Source: Eledone cirrhosa (Eukaryota). From it: a stretch of DNA of 64,000 nucleotides. The stretch spans positions 35,898,001 to 35,962,000 of the forward strand of contig OZ024745.1 of assembly GCA_964016885.1 (NCBI GenBank). The letters run 5' to 3'. The translations under genes and the position numbers were made by a program. The number at the start of each line of letters is the position of its first letter. The first letter of the stretch is position 1. Positions 43,119 through 58,025 of this stretch are shown here, piece after piece. The notes beneath the pieces are model-generated. The model worked only from the letters and a program-made list of their open reading frames with translations. It was not told where the DNA came from and ran no database searches.

Positions 43119-43152
43119 CTATATGTATGTATGTCTCTCTATATGTATGTAT

Positions 43153-43668
43153 GTTCTCTCTTTCTCTTAATTTCGAGTACATTTTTGACCGGCCACCTTC
43201 CTGGTGGCAAGGTTGTAAAGGAAAGGAAATTATCATCCCATGAATCGCAAGAATGTTTTGCAAATTTTGAAGGTGCCAGCTATCGCAGCTATTTGTAGAC
43301 AATGAATTAGGGAGCTACGCTCTTTGTCCGCAAATCCAAGTTCAGTTATACATTAGTCCAAGCGCGTTGGTATATAACCTGTAGCTCCAATAATAATGGG
43401 TATGAAGCTAAAGGCGTATCTTGGATACAGGATTTGTAAACTCCTCATCAATGGTCCGTAGATGTCCTCCTTCTCCTATATTTTTCTGACAACGTTTACA
43501 TCAAGTGGGCTGCTGATCTCCACAACAGAACACGTTTTCAATGTGTGGTCCCAAACAACAATATCAGGCCGGTTGTGCTTTAATTTTGTGGCAGTTTTTA
43601 TTTTCAGGTTCCACTAGTATTCCTTAGTGCCATCTGTCTCAATATATTCTTCCTCGTTTTATTTTAAT
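43153..43668 (-). mobile_element. R4/Dong-like non-LTR 3' fragment (restriction-like endonuclease), copy 1
   Basis: Manual translation WNLKIKTATKLKHNRPDIVVWD..VVEISSPLD..PIIIGATG..KICKTFL, with stops. Confidence 0.8.
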
Positions 43669-43695
43669 TTTGTATGTATATATGTATGTATGTAC

Positions 43696-44472
43696 GTTCT
43701 TCTGGTTTCACAAATTTTTCCCAATAGCGAGAGAGCCGGTTTCTAACATAGACACAAGACTCTCTCATTGGAATTTACACAGCATCAACTAGGTAGATAT
43801 GTATGCATGTCTGCATGCATGTGTAGATATGGGTGTTATTGTATGTGTGGATGTGTATGTTTTGAGTTGTATGTCTGCATGTGTATATGCTTAGTATCTG
43901 TACATGTGTGCATGCAGTTATTAGATGCAAACGTTTCGGAATGTTTTACATATTTTTACTGTTCCATTAATGGATTGTACTTGTAATTTCCTAACTAGTT
44001 GTGTTCTTTCTGTTCCTTTGAAGCTCAGCTTCTCAAGATTTGTATTGAGGCAGTTACTAACATATCCTAGTGCCCCAATAATCACAGGCATACATCTGAA
44101 GGTATAATCAGGGCGGAGTGTCTGCAGACTTCTCCTCAGTTCTGCATAAATATTCTCCTTTTCGCTAATCTTTGATATAATATTGGCATCCACTTGACAG
44201 CTAACATCCACTACTTTGCATACTTTCTTCTCCCTGTCCCATATCATAATATCTGGTCTGTTATGCCTACATTTTATTCGGGCCTTTACTGGAACATTCC
44301 ACCAGTACTCTTTCATATTATGTATATATATGTCTTCCACATTGCTGTAGCTTTTAATGTGTTTATTATCGGGGATATCTTTTCTACGGATTGCAATGTA
44401 CAGTGTTTTGGCCACTACATCATGCCTCATAGGTAGATAGTAACGCGATGAGATCTTTGGACAGCTGCTTAT
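43696..44472 (-). mobile_element. R4/Dong-like non-LTR 3' fragment, copy 2
   Basis: ORF 43921-44577 contains ISSCPK..RHDVVA..HNRPDIMIWD..PVIIGALG. Its N-terminal part is microsatellite-derived. Confidence 0.85.
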
Positions 44473-47400
44473 GTATATATGGATATATGTATGTATGCTT
44501 GTAAGTATGAATATATACATATATGTATATATAAATATATAGTCTTCAGCTAGCATATATTTTCTGCGTAAGAGCATTATCAGAAAAGAAATTTCGCAAA
44601 TTTGAATAAATTTATGAATAGGTATATAAACCGTATTTTAAAATGCCATAGTTGTTCTAGACGTAATACTTAGAATCAAGCAAATGTACATTAATTAATA
44701 TAACAATGCAACATTTCGACTAAGATTACTGAATACGTAAAGATATATTCATTTACAAACCAGACGCTAATTACTAACAACAAAAATATTTTCCAAGCGA
44801 TAATCCATTAGAGAGGCTTTAAAATACACCAAAAGATAAAATCGAAACATCTTACGTCGATCTATTTTCTTTATCCTTTTGTTCTTATATTTCTTTGATT
44901 TATTGCAGTGCTGAGATGTTTTAGTTACTTGTATCGAACCCTGCTTTGTCTGTTATGCATTTTTGTCTGTTATGTATTTAATCAATTACCTGTTACATTA
45001 CGTTATTGACATAAAATGACTGAATCCATAAACGGAGACACGGAACACATGCACACACATATACAAACACACACGCACACACACACACATACAGACATAT
45101 TACCCCCCTACACCCACACCCCGACACACAGGCACATACATATTACACACACACACACCCACAAACAGGCACATACATATTACACACACACACACATATA
45201 TATATATTGCACTGGTTCTAGCACTTTTGATATGACGTTATAGTGGAGAAACACCTTGGTTTTCAAGAACGTATAAGAAAATAAGGAAATATGGGGAAAG
45301 CTGTGGAAAGCAGAAGGTCCAATAATGCTCGGAAAGGAGATTGAAAGTATGGTTGAAAGCAACAAAGAGTAACACTGTATTTAGAAGCACTCGGACTTGG
45401 GCTAGTTAAGGTGATTTGAAACAAGTATGCACCATAAATACAATCCAATAAAAGTTAAAAGTATCACGAATGTCATAAGACATGTCTATTATGTGGGGTA
45501 GAGAAAAGAGCGAATCCCACTTGGAAGCAGAGTGTATATGCCTGACTTCGATAATGAACAAGCAAAATGTTTATAACACATGGAACATATATCGCATAAT
45601 TTGTCCCAGAGAAAGATACAATAATTTCTAACATAATAAATGTAGCTTGCTCATTTGACATAAGCATGAAAGTAATGGAAAACTAGAAAATAAATAAATA
45701 CTAGAATCTAATGTTGTTGTGGAAATGCAGAGCGATAATAGTACTTAATGTTATACTAGTACCATTATATGATAGATCTGAAAATATCACAAACTAATTT
45801 TCTACGATCGGCTTAACAAAAGAACGTACAACACAACAGAAGGAATACCCTTGTTGGCTTTTGATACCTACGGAATATCTAAATAATCAATTAGTGGACT
45901 GAGGTATGAATGAAACCAACGAATTCTACAACTGTGCAAATTATACAACCAACAGAACAACAAAGGAGATAATAAAAATAATAGTAATAATATAATGCAT
46001 TCATCTAATAAGTAACGAAATGACGACACATAATAAATAATAAATGGTAAAAGACCAAAATGTTATAATTTATATAATTTAGCATTTAAGAAAAAAGGAC
46101 AACATAGAATAAATTTAAGAGTTGAAGTAAAGTATGAGATAGATTGATGAAAGAGCTCACCTACAGATATCTAATTTATTAATGACAAATGAGAACGGTG
46201 AAAAGCGGAAAATGAAATAAGTATACAAATTCTACACAACAGTGACAAAATATTAGATTTAACATTTTTGAATTATATATAATGTAAAACAGCAAGAACA
46301 TGAGTACACAGCTAGGTAGGAGAGCATTGGAACATATTAGATAAGTTGTTTGAGAGCAACGTTAGGAAATATATATTGAGAAATATATTTAGCAAAAATA
46401 CGCATTACTCAAAATCTAATGATAAATCAAATCAACATACCAACAATTACAATGAAGAAATAAATACTAGGTGCATAGAACATTTAAAATGTCAAACATT
46501 GGAAACAGAAATTCCTGTGAAACAGAAATTACATCAGATCAGCATTCTAAGGGATTATATACACAATATAATTTGTATTATACACTAGAAAAAACACAAG
46601 AAACAAATAACAATAAGTAAAACAAAAATACAAAGCTAATCTCAGCACCCAGGATTAAACATCAGTTATCAATTATACTCTGAGAATGAGGTGACAAAAC
46701 CTGCTTCCACTCAGAACAGCCAGCTATATCTACCCTAACCGTTCCTTATTCAGGTGCGATGATCTCAATCCGACATCGGTGAAGAGATTGGCATCCAGAA
46801 AACAGAAAACAGTTCAAGATTCAGCAGCGGCCGCCGCAAATTGGAATCTATACATTTATATAATATTCAAAGCTTCAGTGAAATTATTTCAAATAAAAGA
46901 GTTAAAAAGGATGCATGTATTAAGGAATTGATGAAATAATCCAGAAGACGAAAAATAGTGTAGATAAGACTTCTAATTCGAAATAAGGAAGAAAATGTTC
47001 AATATATTAAATGGGAAAATGCTGTCCAGACAAGGTGAAATGCAGCAAAAACATTTTGTATAACAATGAATTCATTCACCTCTAAAAACACTACAATTTC
47101 CCTAATAGGAGAAGAAGATTTGAACTGTCCAAAATATGTATGGGGTCGCTGAAAATTCTGAAATCAGTTCTCAAACCGCATTCATGGTACAGCTTATTAT
47201 CTTACCTTGAAATGGCATATTAGGTGATAGAAACTTTAAAAAAAACAGACCATAACTAATGAATTTTGATGGTACAGATTTGTATTATGAGTTGAAATAA
47301 CAATGACATATAAATAAACGAAGCCTATAAAATTTCAAATGTTCAAACATGTTATTTAATGGAACACAGAGAGGCCTGGAGATTATACACCTTATGCATA

Positions 47401-47904
47401 CTATGCAACAGCATTTCTTATAAAACAAGGAAAATATGTTATAGCTATTTAGATCGAACACCTATTCACTTAGAAGTATACAACATGTTGAGAAATAGAA
47501 TATATAGATGCATTGACGAATTACTTAGTTATATATGCGCCAAATATTCTGTAGTAAGTGAAGCAACTAATGATGGTATTATAAATTGTATAATTTTGTG
47601 CCATATGACTGAATAAAGAAAGCGTGCAACAAAACCAAAGAGAGTATATAAGTAGAAAATAGTGAAAAAAGAAATTGCAATTATATTTTAGAAGATGATT
47701 CCAGTCATCTTGTGTAAATGTACACATAAATGGATTTTAAAAAATGCCTATGAATTTTATTCTACTAGAAAGAATTGCAATTAGATATAAAGATAATATA
47801 GTATGGGATTTTTAACACGTCAGAACCACACTAAAAATTCAAAACGGACAACCGATTTGTAAGATATATAGGAGTTACTAAAGGTTACTTAGCACTAAGG
47901 AATT

Positions 47905-47971
<67 letters not shown>

Positions 47972-48000
47972 GCATTGCCTGGAAACTTAGCTGAGAATAG

Positions 48001-48082
48001 ACTTCCCTGATGACGAAATGCTTCTCCGTAAGTTTCTTCGGAAACTCTGTTTATTCCCTTTCAGAAACTAATTAGTTGGAGT
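48001..48082 (+). ncRNA. Type I HHR
   Basis: ACTTCC-CTGATGA-cGAAAtG..CcTTTCa-GAAA-CTAATTAG-TT-GGAGT. Confidence 0.75.
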
Positions 48083-48532
48083 GAAATTTTAGTAAGTAAG
48101 TTAATTTTTATAATTTTCTTATTTTACGTTTTCATATTATTGTTCTGCATCCCCATGCATTGAACCACAAAGTTACTAAGACAAAACCTATATATTTGCC
48201 GGCATAGGTATGCATCTGTGTATATATATGTTAGTAGATATACTAATTCTTTATAATTATCTCCAAATTATTTTGTCGAGCCAAAATTGGCCAAAACTGC
48301 TACTATAGTTCATAGTAACGGTTCGGCTGCTGTCTTCTTAACAAACCACTCCTCACTGATTAACCTCGATGTCACGTGATTGATTCTTTTGAATTTGCCA
48401 CCGACGCAGTAGGCAGTGATTTTTTTCAATGGCTTGGAACTTAGTCCACGCTTTGCTTTTTTCCATCCACTGAATTATTTTTGTATAAGTTCCCTGTGTC
48501 CACGCATTACCTGGAAACTTAGCTGAGAATAG

Positions 48533-48614
48533 ACTTCCCTGATGACGAAAGGCTTCTCCGTAGGTTTCTTCGGAAACTATGTTTATTGCCTTTCAGAAAC
48601 TAATTAGTTGGAGT
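48533..48614 (+). ncRNA. Type I HHR
   Basis: ACTTCC-CTGATGA-cGAAAGGC..GCCTTTCa-GAAA-CTAATTAG-TT-GGAGT. Confidence 0.8.
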
Positions 48615-48781
48615 GAAATTTTAGTAAGTAAGTTAATTTTTATGATTTTCTTATTTTACGTCTTTCATATTATTGTTCTGCATCCCCATGCATTGAACCA
48701 CAAAGTTACTAAGACAAAACCTATATATTTGCTGGCATAGGTATGCATCTGTGTATATATATGTTAGTAGATATACTAATT

Positions 48782-48870
<89 letters not shown>

Positions 48871-50799
48871 TAGTTAATGGAAGAAATAAAAATCTTCGAA
48901 AAACTATGGCAGACTAACAAAATAGTTTATAGAATATATGTTGATGCTGAGGGTATATACATGGTGAGCATAAAGTCTAATAGATGCCATTTTGTTATAA
49001 ACCTTCCTGTGGAAGAGTAAATGTACAACTACAGAAAAAGACTTGAAATGTATATATTAAAATAATGAAAAAGTAATATCGCAAATAGTATCCTTGATAT
49101 GGTATTTCATAATCAGGGAAATAATTTATATTCTCCTTGTATAAAGGAAATTGCATAAGCAGTATTGGTGTTTATGCTAATATTATATTACGATACTAAT
49201 CGGAGAACACTGTTCTTTCCAAACAAATTACATAATTCAGAATCATATAAGGCTATTAAGAAGGGAACATACTAACACAAATACTATTCGTTGACAAATC
49301 ATCTGAATTGGATTGCAGATATTAACAGAGAGAATGTGAGTAGTATCTCTATAAACAGTAAATACCTATGTACAACACAAGAATATGTAGTTCATATACA
49401 ATGATATAACATAATCTAGTATGGAGGAAAAGTATGAAGCCGGTTTTGCATCAACCGTACATGAACAGGAAAGAGGAATAATTAAACTAGCAGTAGAAAA
49501 TAAATATGATATAGCAAGGACATACTGAACAGAAAAATAAACCACAAGAAGGCAATTATCTAACATGGTTTTCTAAATATGAAGCAAGTTGTATATAACA
49601 AAGGACAAGGAACAAGAGTCTGTAAAGTGGCAACATGATTCTGATCTGTGATAAAACTGAAGATGTACCAGAGAATGAACATTCAAAATCATATAAGTAA
49701 GACATCAAAAGAACAAGTAAAAAATATAGCAAATTTAAGATGAATGGCAAATAAACTCTTTTATGGAAACCAGCCAACAAGGATTAATAAATCTCATTGT
49801 GACATTGCCAGCATCCAACTGCTGTTAGCTAAAACAGAAAGTGAAGTGTTGATAGTAGTATTTCAAATCAATACATCTACACCTGACATTATCAAAAAGC
49901 CATAATAACGATGTCTCATACAAGACAAGATGCAACATTCGACTAAAAAAAATCACACATCCAAATTAAATGGAAAATATAGAAAGCCTAATAACAAGTA
50001 TGATAGTATCAGTAAAATGAAACGATTAATACATTCAGCATTGTAAACCTGGACTCGATAGTGTATATACAGACATAAACGGATAGTTTTATAAAACGGA
50101 CAATATATAGACACATGAAAACTAAAAATATACGGCGTACGGATGAACCGAACATTCAATAATGATCAACTAATTACCAAAACTAACAGAAAATGAGCTA
50201 AAACGTAATATGCCTTCATCAATAGAAAGGTGAACAATTGCACTAGCATAGACATAGCAATCCTTTGTTTGTGTCATAGATATGATTCATGTCCCGTTTT
50301 CCCTGTTCTTAACACTGTCATTTCAACCTCAGCTTTGTAGTTTTGTTTTTATTCACATTAGTATTATGCATTCCCCGAGTCCTATAATTCCTGTAGTCCT
50401 ATAAATGATATTTCGAAATGGATTTTAAGTTTCACTACATTCAGGATAGATATAATAACTCAATGTCGTGTGTGTTATAAAACGTCAATATTTTGTTCTT
50501 GATTTTCTGCTTGATAATTCATTTAGAACCTGAATGTAAATACTGTAATTGTATTGAAACCGTTGGAATATTTATATCTCTTTATATTTTGTAGAGCTTA
50601 AATCTTTTTGATATTATAATTGAAAGGCTACATATTGCATCTTTATACTTCCGTTCATCTGTTAAATTTGCACAGTCTTGTTCATAAATTCCTCAGTCAG
50701 GCCCATCGTAGATATTCCTTCACAATACAATTTAGACGGAGAAAATCTACCTGATTTTGTTGCCAATCGATAATAACAATAATTGTTTCATTTATTGGC

Positions 50800-51560
50800 C
50801 ACAAGGCCTGACATATAGGGGACAATTCAAAGACTAGCACCGGGGTGGTTACGTGGCAATTTTCACTATGGGCTCGGTTAATAACCAGTTCCGTGCTACA
50901 CGGGTCAACAGTTGTTCGACATGAATACACAAGTCTGTAATGTACGGACATTGGACGAGGGCGTAGAGAACGGTCTGTTCACCCTGCGGGAATCTCGGGC
51001 AATTCCTTCTGACCACAATTTTGTGCATGTAGAATATATATTGAACTGGCAATGCCCCGATGTATCACTACCAAGTGGATAGCACTACCAATTGAGGGAA
51101 TTCTGGAAGTTATCCATAGTTTCCAGTTAGAAAGATCTGACTCACATGCTCACCACTAATCCTCCACAGAAGTCTAGCGTAGAATTTCCACTAATTGATG
51201 TTCCCTACTGGTAGAGGGAAATGGGAGCATTGCAACATTTCAGATTCCAAGTGTCCAGTCTCCGTTTCGTCTTGATCCATGACTACAGGTCAATCAAATA
51301 GACTTGCTGCGGATAGGCCCATTTCACAAACGGGGACGATATATGTTCAACGTTTAAGGTTATATGAATATACTCTAGCCACGGCATATGTTTGCACATC
51401 ATCAGCCACGGCTTGACCAGCCCTGGACGTAGAGATTTCTGGCAGCAGATGGACCGCCTCACCAATGGAACCTGTCCCTTTCACAAGAAATTGAGGATCA
51501 CGCATTCCGATTTGGCGAGATGCGATGTATGCTTTCGGCCCCTCCACCCGGCCTTTCAGA
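50800..51560 (-). pseudogene. Decayed Tx1/L1-clade LINE ORF2 C-terminal fragment
   Basis: Broken frames give VRRSICCQK..GL..PWL and TMDNFQNSL..GALPV..CPR..EQTVLYALVQCP..VEQLL, a decayed zf-RVT CCHC region. Confidence 0.7.
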
Positions 51561-54500
51561 GATAGCTCTCTCTTGGCATATTTTACGGGGAAATATTAGT
51601 TATAAATACTTCAGGGCAAAGACGGGTGTCTTATAGCAAAAAAAAAAGAAATTTAAACCTACGTCAAGAAGGCTATCGGAGCCCAGAATGTAACGTCTTC
51701 ATACTTTAGTCGCAAAGGATAATAATAATAACAATAATTATAATAATAACAATAAGGATAACCAGAGCTGTGCCTTGTGTCAAATATAACAATAAAATTG
51801 CCAATATTTGGAATGTTATATAGGTAGTTTTATGAAACACGATCCAGTATTAGCATTTAATTCTCATAAAACTTGCGAAATTAGTGTAAATATGGAATGA
51901 GAGACGATGAGAAGATGCCTCGGGATAGCCATTAATATAACTGATAATGTTGAGAAATAGCATAGCATATACTGAGACCTTGATTATAAATTTAAAGAAG
52001 AAAACCCCAAAAGTTGCTCTGGTATGTTATATGTAATATATCTTCTAGTTAACGTATCATATTTTGCGCTGCACCTTTTACCCATCACTGATATATAGAT
52101 ATATATAGATGCATATTTACTCCTATCGGTTTGAAAAGTAGCATGTAGGCATGTGATTATTTATTATGATTAATATCTTAATAATGTTCTTCGTTCACAA
52201 TCAATCCCTCTTGTAGTGTCACCGCGATCCAGAAATTTCAATTATTTAATATATGTCTGTATTATAAAATTGCTATTACGTAACCACTGTGCATTTAAAG
52301 ATATTTAAACTCCTAGCTCTGGCTTACATACAATTCTTGCAATAGCTTCTATCACAAACAGGACTATATCTCATCCATATTAAATATAAGTTGATACAAT
52401 ATTTCTCTAAGTAAACTACTGTAAATTTGTAGCTGAGAATCTTGTATGATACGAATGCATCTCAAAGCATCTCTTAATTGCATATATATTTCAGTTGATT
52501 TCGGCAGCTATCTAAAGCAAATATTAATAATTTGTCATATCAATATCATTAGTTGTACGCAATAGAAGTGAAAGACTTCAAAATTACTTAATATATTTTT
52601 CTGAAGGAAATAATAACAAAAGTACTAATACTCTTATCTTACTGATTTTCTTTGTAAACGATTGAATAAAATGAAATTAGTTTTTAAAAGAATATTTAAC
52701 CGAAATGATGCTATTAACTCCTGGTAGACCCAAATGATATTTTCGATAAAGCAAATTTGACATCAACAGTCCCAGAGATCAAAGATTGTCAATTGTAAAT
52801 ATTTCTTATTCGATCTTTCGTTCTCGTCAGCAATAATTCTGATATATTCGGAATTTTCTTGGCGACAGTTCCTCTTCTTACAAAAGTGAATTATTCCATA
52901 GTCGCTGTTGCTACAGCTACTGCGGTATCTCTCGTTGTTATTACTCTTACTATTACAGTTACAAAATCATTTGATAGAAATATATAATAGCTTTTCTACA
53001 TTTAACTATTTGCTCTTATTTTATTTTCAACCCTCTTCCCTACATTCTTTAAAATCTGTATGTCCATTATATTGTTTCTTTCTACTATTAATCCTTTCAA
53101 AGTTCTACAACAAAGGCGGCTCAGAGCAATAAATGTTAAGCTATTGGCATGCATTTTGCAGATATAATTTAAAAGAGAGAAGCGTAGAGCCCCAATGGAT
53201 TTCCAAGATTACTACTATTGTAAGAGCTATTTTTTCTTAAAATATTTTATATTCGAACATTGATAAAATATTGACTAATACTCCATAGTGGGAAAATATA
53301 TTTTTTTCCTTTTAAAATCAATTTCTTTCACAAATCTTTGAACTTTTGCTTCTCCTTCATATTGATTTAGAGTTTGTGCTGCCAATCAAATATATTTATT
53401 GCTTGACTGATTTACAGAATTTCAGAAAATAAACAATGGTCAATGTGACTTAAAACTTATGGGCTTTCTCTTTGAATCATACAAAATGCCAAACTTAATG
53501 CAACATTTTCTTTCTTTATCTCCTTCGCTTTCATACGTACATTCTAAATTATCCAATAGTCTGCCCTGCTTACTAATATTGTTCAAAGAGCAAATAAAGA
53601 AGGAGCATTTTGTCAGAATATAATCCTTCCCACGTGGGATTGGTATAATTATTTAGTCCTTTAAAAGCAATAATGTTCACCAGATATAAGAAATTCGGCA
53701 GCATTTATAACTAACGTTTGACATACTATTATCGTTTCTATAGTTACTGGCGCAGCAGATCTAGCAATGAAGTCACTAGCCCTATCCCATTTCAATTGAC
53801 CTTTTACAGACACTAATAAGCCCGCATAACTTAGAATTTTGAATTCTCTTCCTACACATATGTATCAAAGCTTTACCACCTAAATAGCAACGTTAACAAT
53901 ATTAATATTAATAATATTTGACTGAACTACTATTGCTGGAAGATGTTTACATTTAAATAATATACCTGATCAATATACTCAATAAAATATTCTTTAGAAT
54001 TATATTTACCTTTAAATATTGTCGTCTGATGTTCCATTTCTAGCTGTTAAGACGATGAGGATGTCATTGAAATAAATGTTATGTCTTAATATAACTAAAT
54101 TTATTTGTAAATGGTTTGATTATAACCAAGTCTTTGAAGTTACCTGCCACACTGCTTAGTGTAACAATGTCTTCTTACAAACTATCATATGGGTGTTACG
54201 CAACTCACACCAAATCACATATGTATAGCTAATTGAATGTAATATCTAATAAACTGATCATGCCTCAATCCTTGTAAATGATGACTTCATTATCTCAGTG
54301 TAGAACACCATTAACTGATCGTGAATAAGTTTGGCAGATTCCACTGCATTGTAAGTATTTGGAGGAAGGATTTCGTCTTGAGAAATAACATTCTTCCTTC
54401 TCCTCACCCCATCAAAAAGGTCATGTATTGCTATTAAAACCAGAGAAAATGAAACACTATTATATTGAGTAGATTTATATAGGCTATGGAAATTAATTAG

Positions 54501-56059
54501 AAATGAATGGTTATTGCTGATATGTATCAATAATATATACAACCTTGTTGTTGTTAACTAACTTCTGATCAGCCTTGATCATGCTGACCTATGATAAAAT
54601 GAAGTCCGCCATAAACATCGTCTTTATAATGGTAACCACGACTACATTATCTAAACTATATTCCTTTAAGAGTGTAGTGTAAGACCTGAAAACGTAAATA
54701 GAAAGACTGCATAGAATCTGTAAGCTACCGCTAGCAGGAGTCAGTGACCAGGTTTTTATTGTCCATTAAGTGTTATTGTTATGTACTTTGAATATCGATG
54801 TTAATACATAATTCCACTCCACCCACGAAATACAAAAATTTCGTATGTTTTTTAAAGGCAAATCCGATGATTTCAGGTTTTAAAGGATTACATGTATAAC
54901 TCTAAACTAAGGGCTTTGCAAACCTGCTAAATATTTTCCATTCCATCTATGACTTTAAACCTCTATTTAATACGCTGAACAATTCTTTCATATATTACAC
55001 AAATTATTCGCAAATTTTGCAAGACCAGGGATCTGCGCTTGCAAAGTTGATTGTGTCATATTTGCAGAGCACATCCTTAGACACACATACATGGATTTTT
55101 CGTGTGTGTGTGTGGCGGAGGTGTGTATTGAATGTAGAAATTTTAGTTTGAGTCCAATGGCCCTTTCGATGGGTTTGGCTGGATTATATAGCATCATTCT
55201 CATCGCAATAAACAGGCTAAAATAAAATATACCTAAAGCAAAAGAATAAGTAACTGTTCAATGTTTAAGAGCTTTGCAAGTTATGTGGAAGGACGGTATT
55301 TAATACACACTCTTCTTTCCTTAATCTGTCACATAGTATATCCTCCTTCTGAGAAATTTAATAAAGTAGGTGTTTGTTTATTTCATTAGTTGTGTGAGCT
55401 TCTTCACAAAATGTATATAATGATGGCTACTACGTCGTCACCTAAACAACTATATGAGAAAGCTTATCAGCAAATCATATTGAGAAATCTTCCGGTAATA
55501 TAAAGTATCAACTAACAGATGATTACAGAAACACACTACGAATTCAGATCGAAATATATTTGATAGTTTTCGAATACATTTTTACTGCTTTTTTATGACT
55601 TCGGAGAAGTATTATTCAACATAGGAGAATTTAAATAAACGGTGAAAGCCAACACGATTAATTATTTCCGAAAGTATCAGTATATCTTTTTTATATTAAA
55701 AAAGAAAGAAAAATTCCGAAGTCTACGTAGAAAAGTTCAGACCTTTGAATTTATTCCACGTTTGTGCCCAACACTAACCAATGATATAAACACAAGTACA
55801 AAAATATACACAACCGATGATAGAAATGTGGGAAGATAAGTAGATAAGTTTTACGTCACTTGTAATTTACATCAGTTCATATAAAAATTTCTCTCTAGCC
55901 AAATGAATTTTATAGCCTGGAGAAATTTACAAATATATTTTATACATTTTTTGAAACTCATGTTAATCAATGAAATATTTTATTTTGTATATACAAAACA
56001 ATCAAAAACATGCCTACATACATACACACGCATAAATATGTACTCACACAAACACACAT

Positions 56060-56121
<62 letters not shown>

Positions 56122-56146
56122 GTACATACATGTATATAAATATATA

Positions 56147-56179
<33 letters not shown>

Positions 56180-56336
56180 TATGTATTAATATATACACAC
56201 ATACACTTACACATATAACGAGCAGTTACATATTGTTTAATAATGTGAAAGTATTTGATGTGAAAATAAATCTTAGTATGAGTGGTTATGTAAATATTAC
56301 TTAAATAACGGCCTCTTATGTCGTCTTAGAATAATG

Positions 56337-56455
<119 letters not shown>

Positions 56456-56706
56456 AATATATACATACGTACATACATACATACTTACATACATACACAG
56501 TGTAAGATATTCAGTAATTTTATTGATTACCTAAGGTGGTACCAATGTGAGCACATGGGGCTATATCGGAATGTATATATTAGATTTGATTTGATGAAGT
56601 CACACGCATTTGATTTGATGAAGTCATACACCCACTCCCACATACACATAGAGAGATGCACAAACACACACACACACACGCACATACATATATATATATA
56701 TTTACA

Positions 56707-56756
<50 letters not shown>

Positions 56757-56867
56757 GATAGATAGAGAGAGAGAAAAAGATAGAAGCTAGAGCAATAGAA
56801 TCATTAAAGTATACCTTCTCCACTTACAGCTTTTATATTTGAAAATTAAATTCTGTATATATGTGTA

Positions 56868-56946
<79 letters not shown>

Positions 56947-57630
56947 ATATAGCTTGACTGATTTATATATATACACGTTTATACAACAGAACAGACTATT
57001 ACTCACACAGAAGCATTTATTATATATTCTATTATTTTTTTATACTACTTTTAATCTTTGGACACTGGCCTTGCTGTTTCTCAGTATTAATCTCAGTCTG
57101 GTACTTATGTTATCAATCACTAACAAACGGCTTATTTTTACTGTTTTGCTACAACAAGAGGTAAAACGGCTTATTCTATTCATTCTACTCGTAATTTATA
57201 GATAGACAAGTTTTAGAAGAATCAGCACTTGCCCAGCATGTTGCTCACAGGGATAGAATCGGTGCCATCTAATGTGAAGTTAATTTCTATTCCTACACTC
57301 TAAGTCGGAGCTTAATATATAGTTGTTGAAAACAATGTCTTTATTTTGAACTGTTGCAAATAAAAATATATACATTATTAACAGTGAGATGTTTCTAATT
57401 TACTTGAAAAGAATTTTTGGGGAAGATAATAAATGTCAGTTAGCAATGCAAGATTGGTGAATTTTGTATACGATATGTCAGTTGTTTCCTGACTTCAACA
57501 TTTTAAGTTATAAATGATTTTGAAATGGTCTACGAGCTATGAACAATGCTGTAACCGTTAAAATCTTTGTGCAGACACACCATGGAATGGATATGTTAGC
57601 ATCAACACACATATAATACATTACATAGAG

Positions 57631-58025
57631 CAGGGTGGGCAAACTACGGCCTGCGGGCCAAATGCGGCCCGCCAAAGAGTTTTCTGTGGCCCGTGGAAGC
57701 ATTCGGCGAATTAATAAAGGAAATAAAAATCAACAAATTTTCGTATATAATAATTAAGCCGTGACTAGCTCTAGTTAAGTTTTTGTTCTGGTGTGTATTG
57801 TGATTTACAGACATAAATTAAAAGAAAACTTTGTTTTAAGATGTTTGCATTTAATCATTTTATTAATCTATGTATTATAATGATACAGTTTATATTTTAT
57901 ATTTTCTAAATTCTAACTGAAGAAAAGTAATGTTACTGGCACTATCCAATAATAAATGGTGAGGCTCTCTGGCGTTCATGACCCAGTCAATGTGGACCCG
58001 GATCCAAAACGTTTGCCCACCCCTG
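57631..58025 (+). mobile_element. hAT (Charlie-like) MITE
   Basis: TIRs CAGGGTGGGCAAAC / GTTTGCCCACCCCTG; subterminal GGCCC motifs; decayed 8-bp TSD (ACATAGAG / CTATAGAC). Confidence 0.85.

Larger units (their letters stand above)
47971..48787 (+). mobile_element. Retrozyme-like element, 1.5 copies of a 532-bp unit between perfect (TA)n tracts
   Basis: 47971-48255 repeats at 48503-48787; each repeat holds an HHR. Confidence 0.88.

Noticed and set aside
48010-48043. SECIS-like ATGA..GA hairpin
   Set aside because: No apical AA motif; better explained as the HHR core plus stem II.
45240-50230. A-rich stretches possibly from an ancient LINE
   Set aside because: No diagnostic motif could be recovered by eye.
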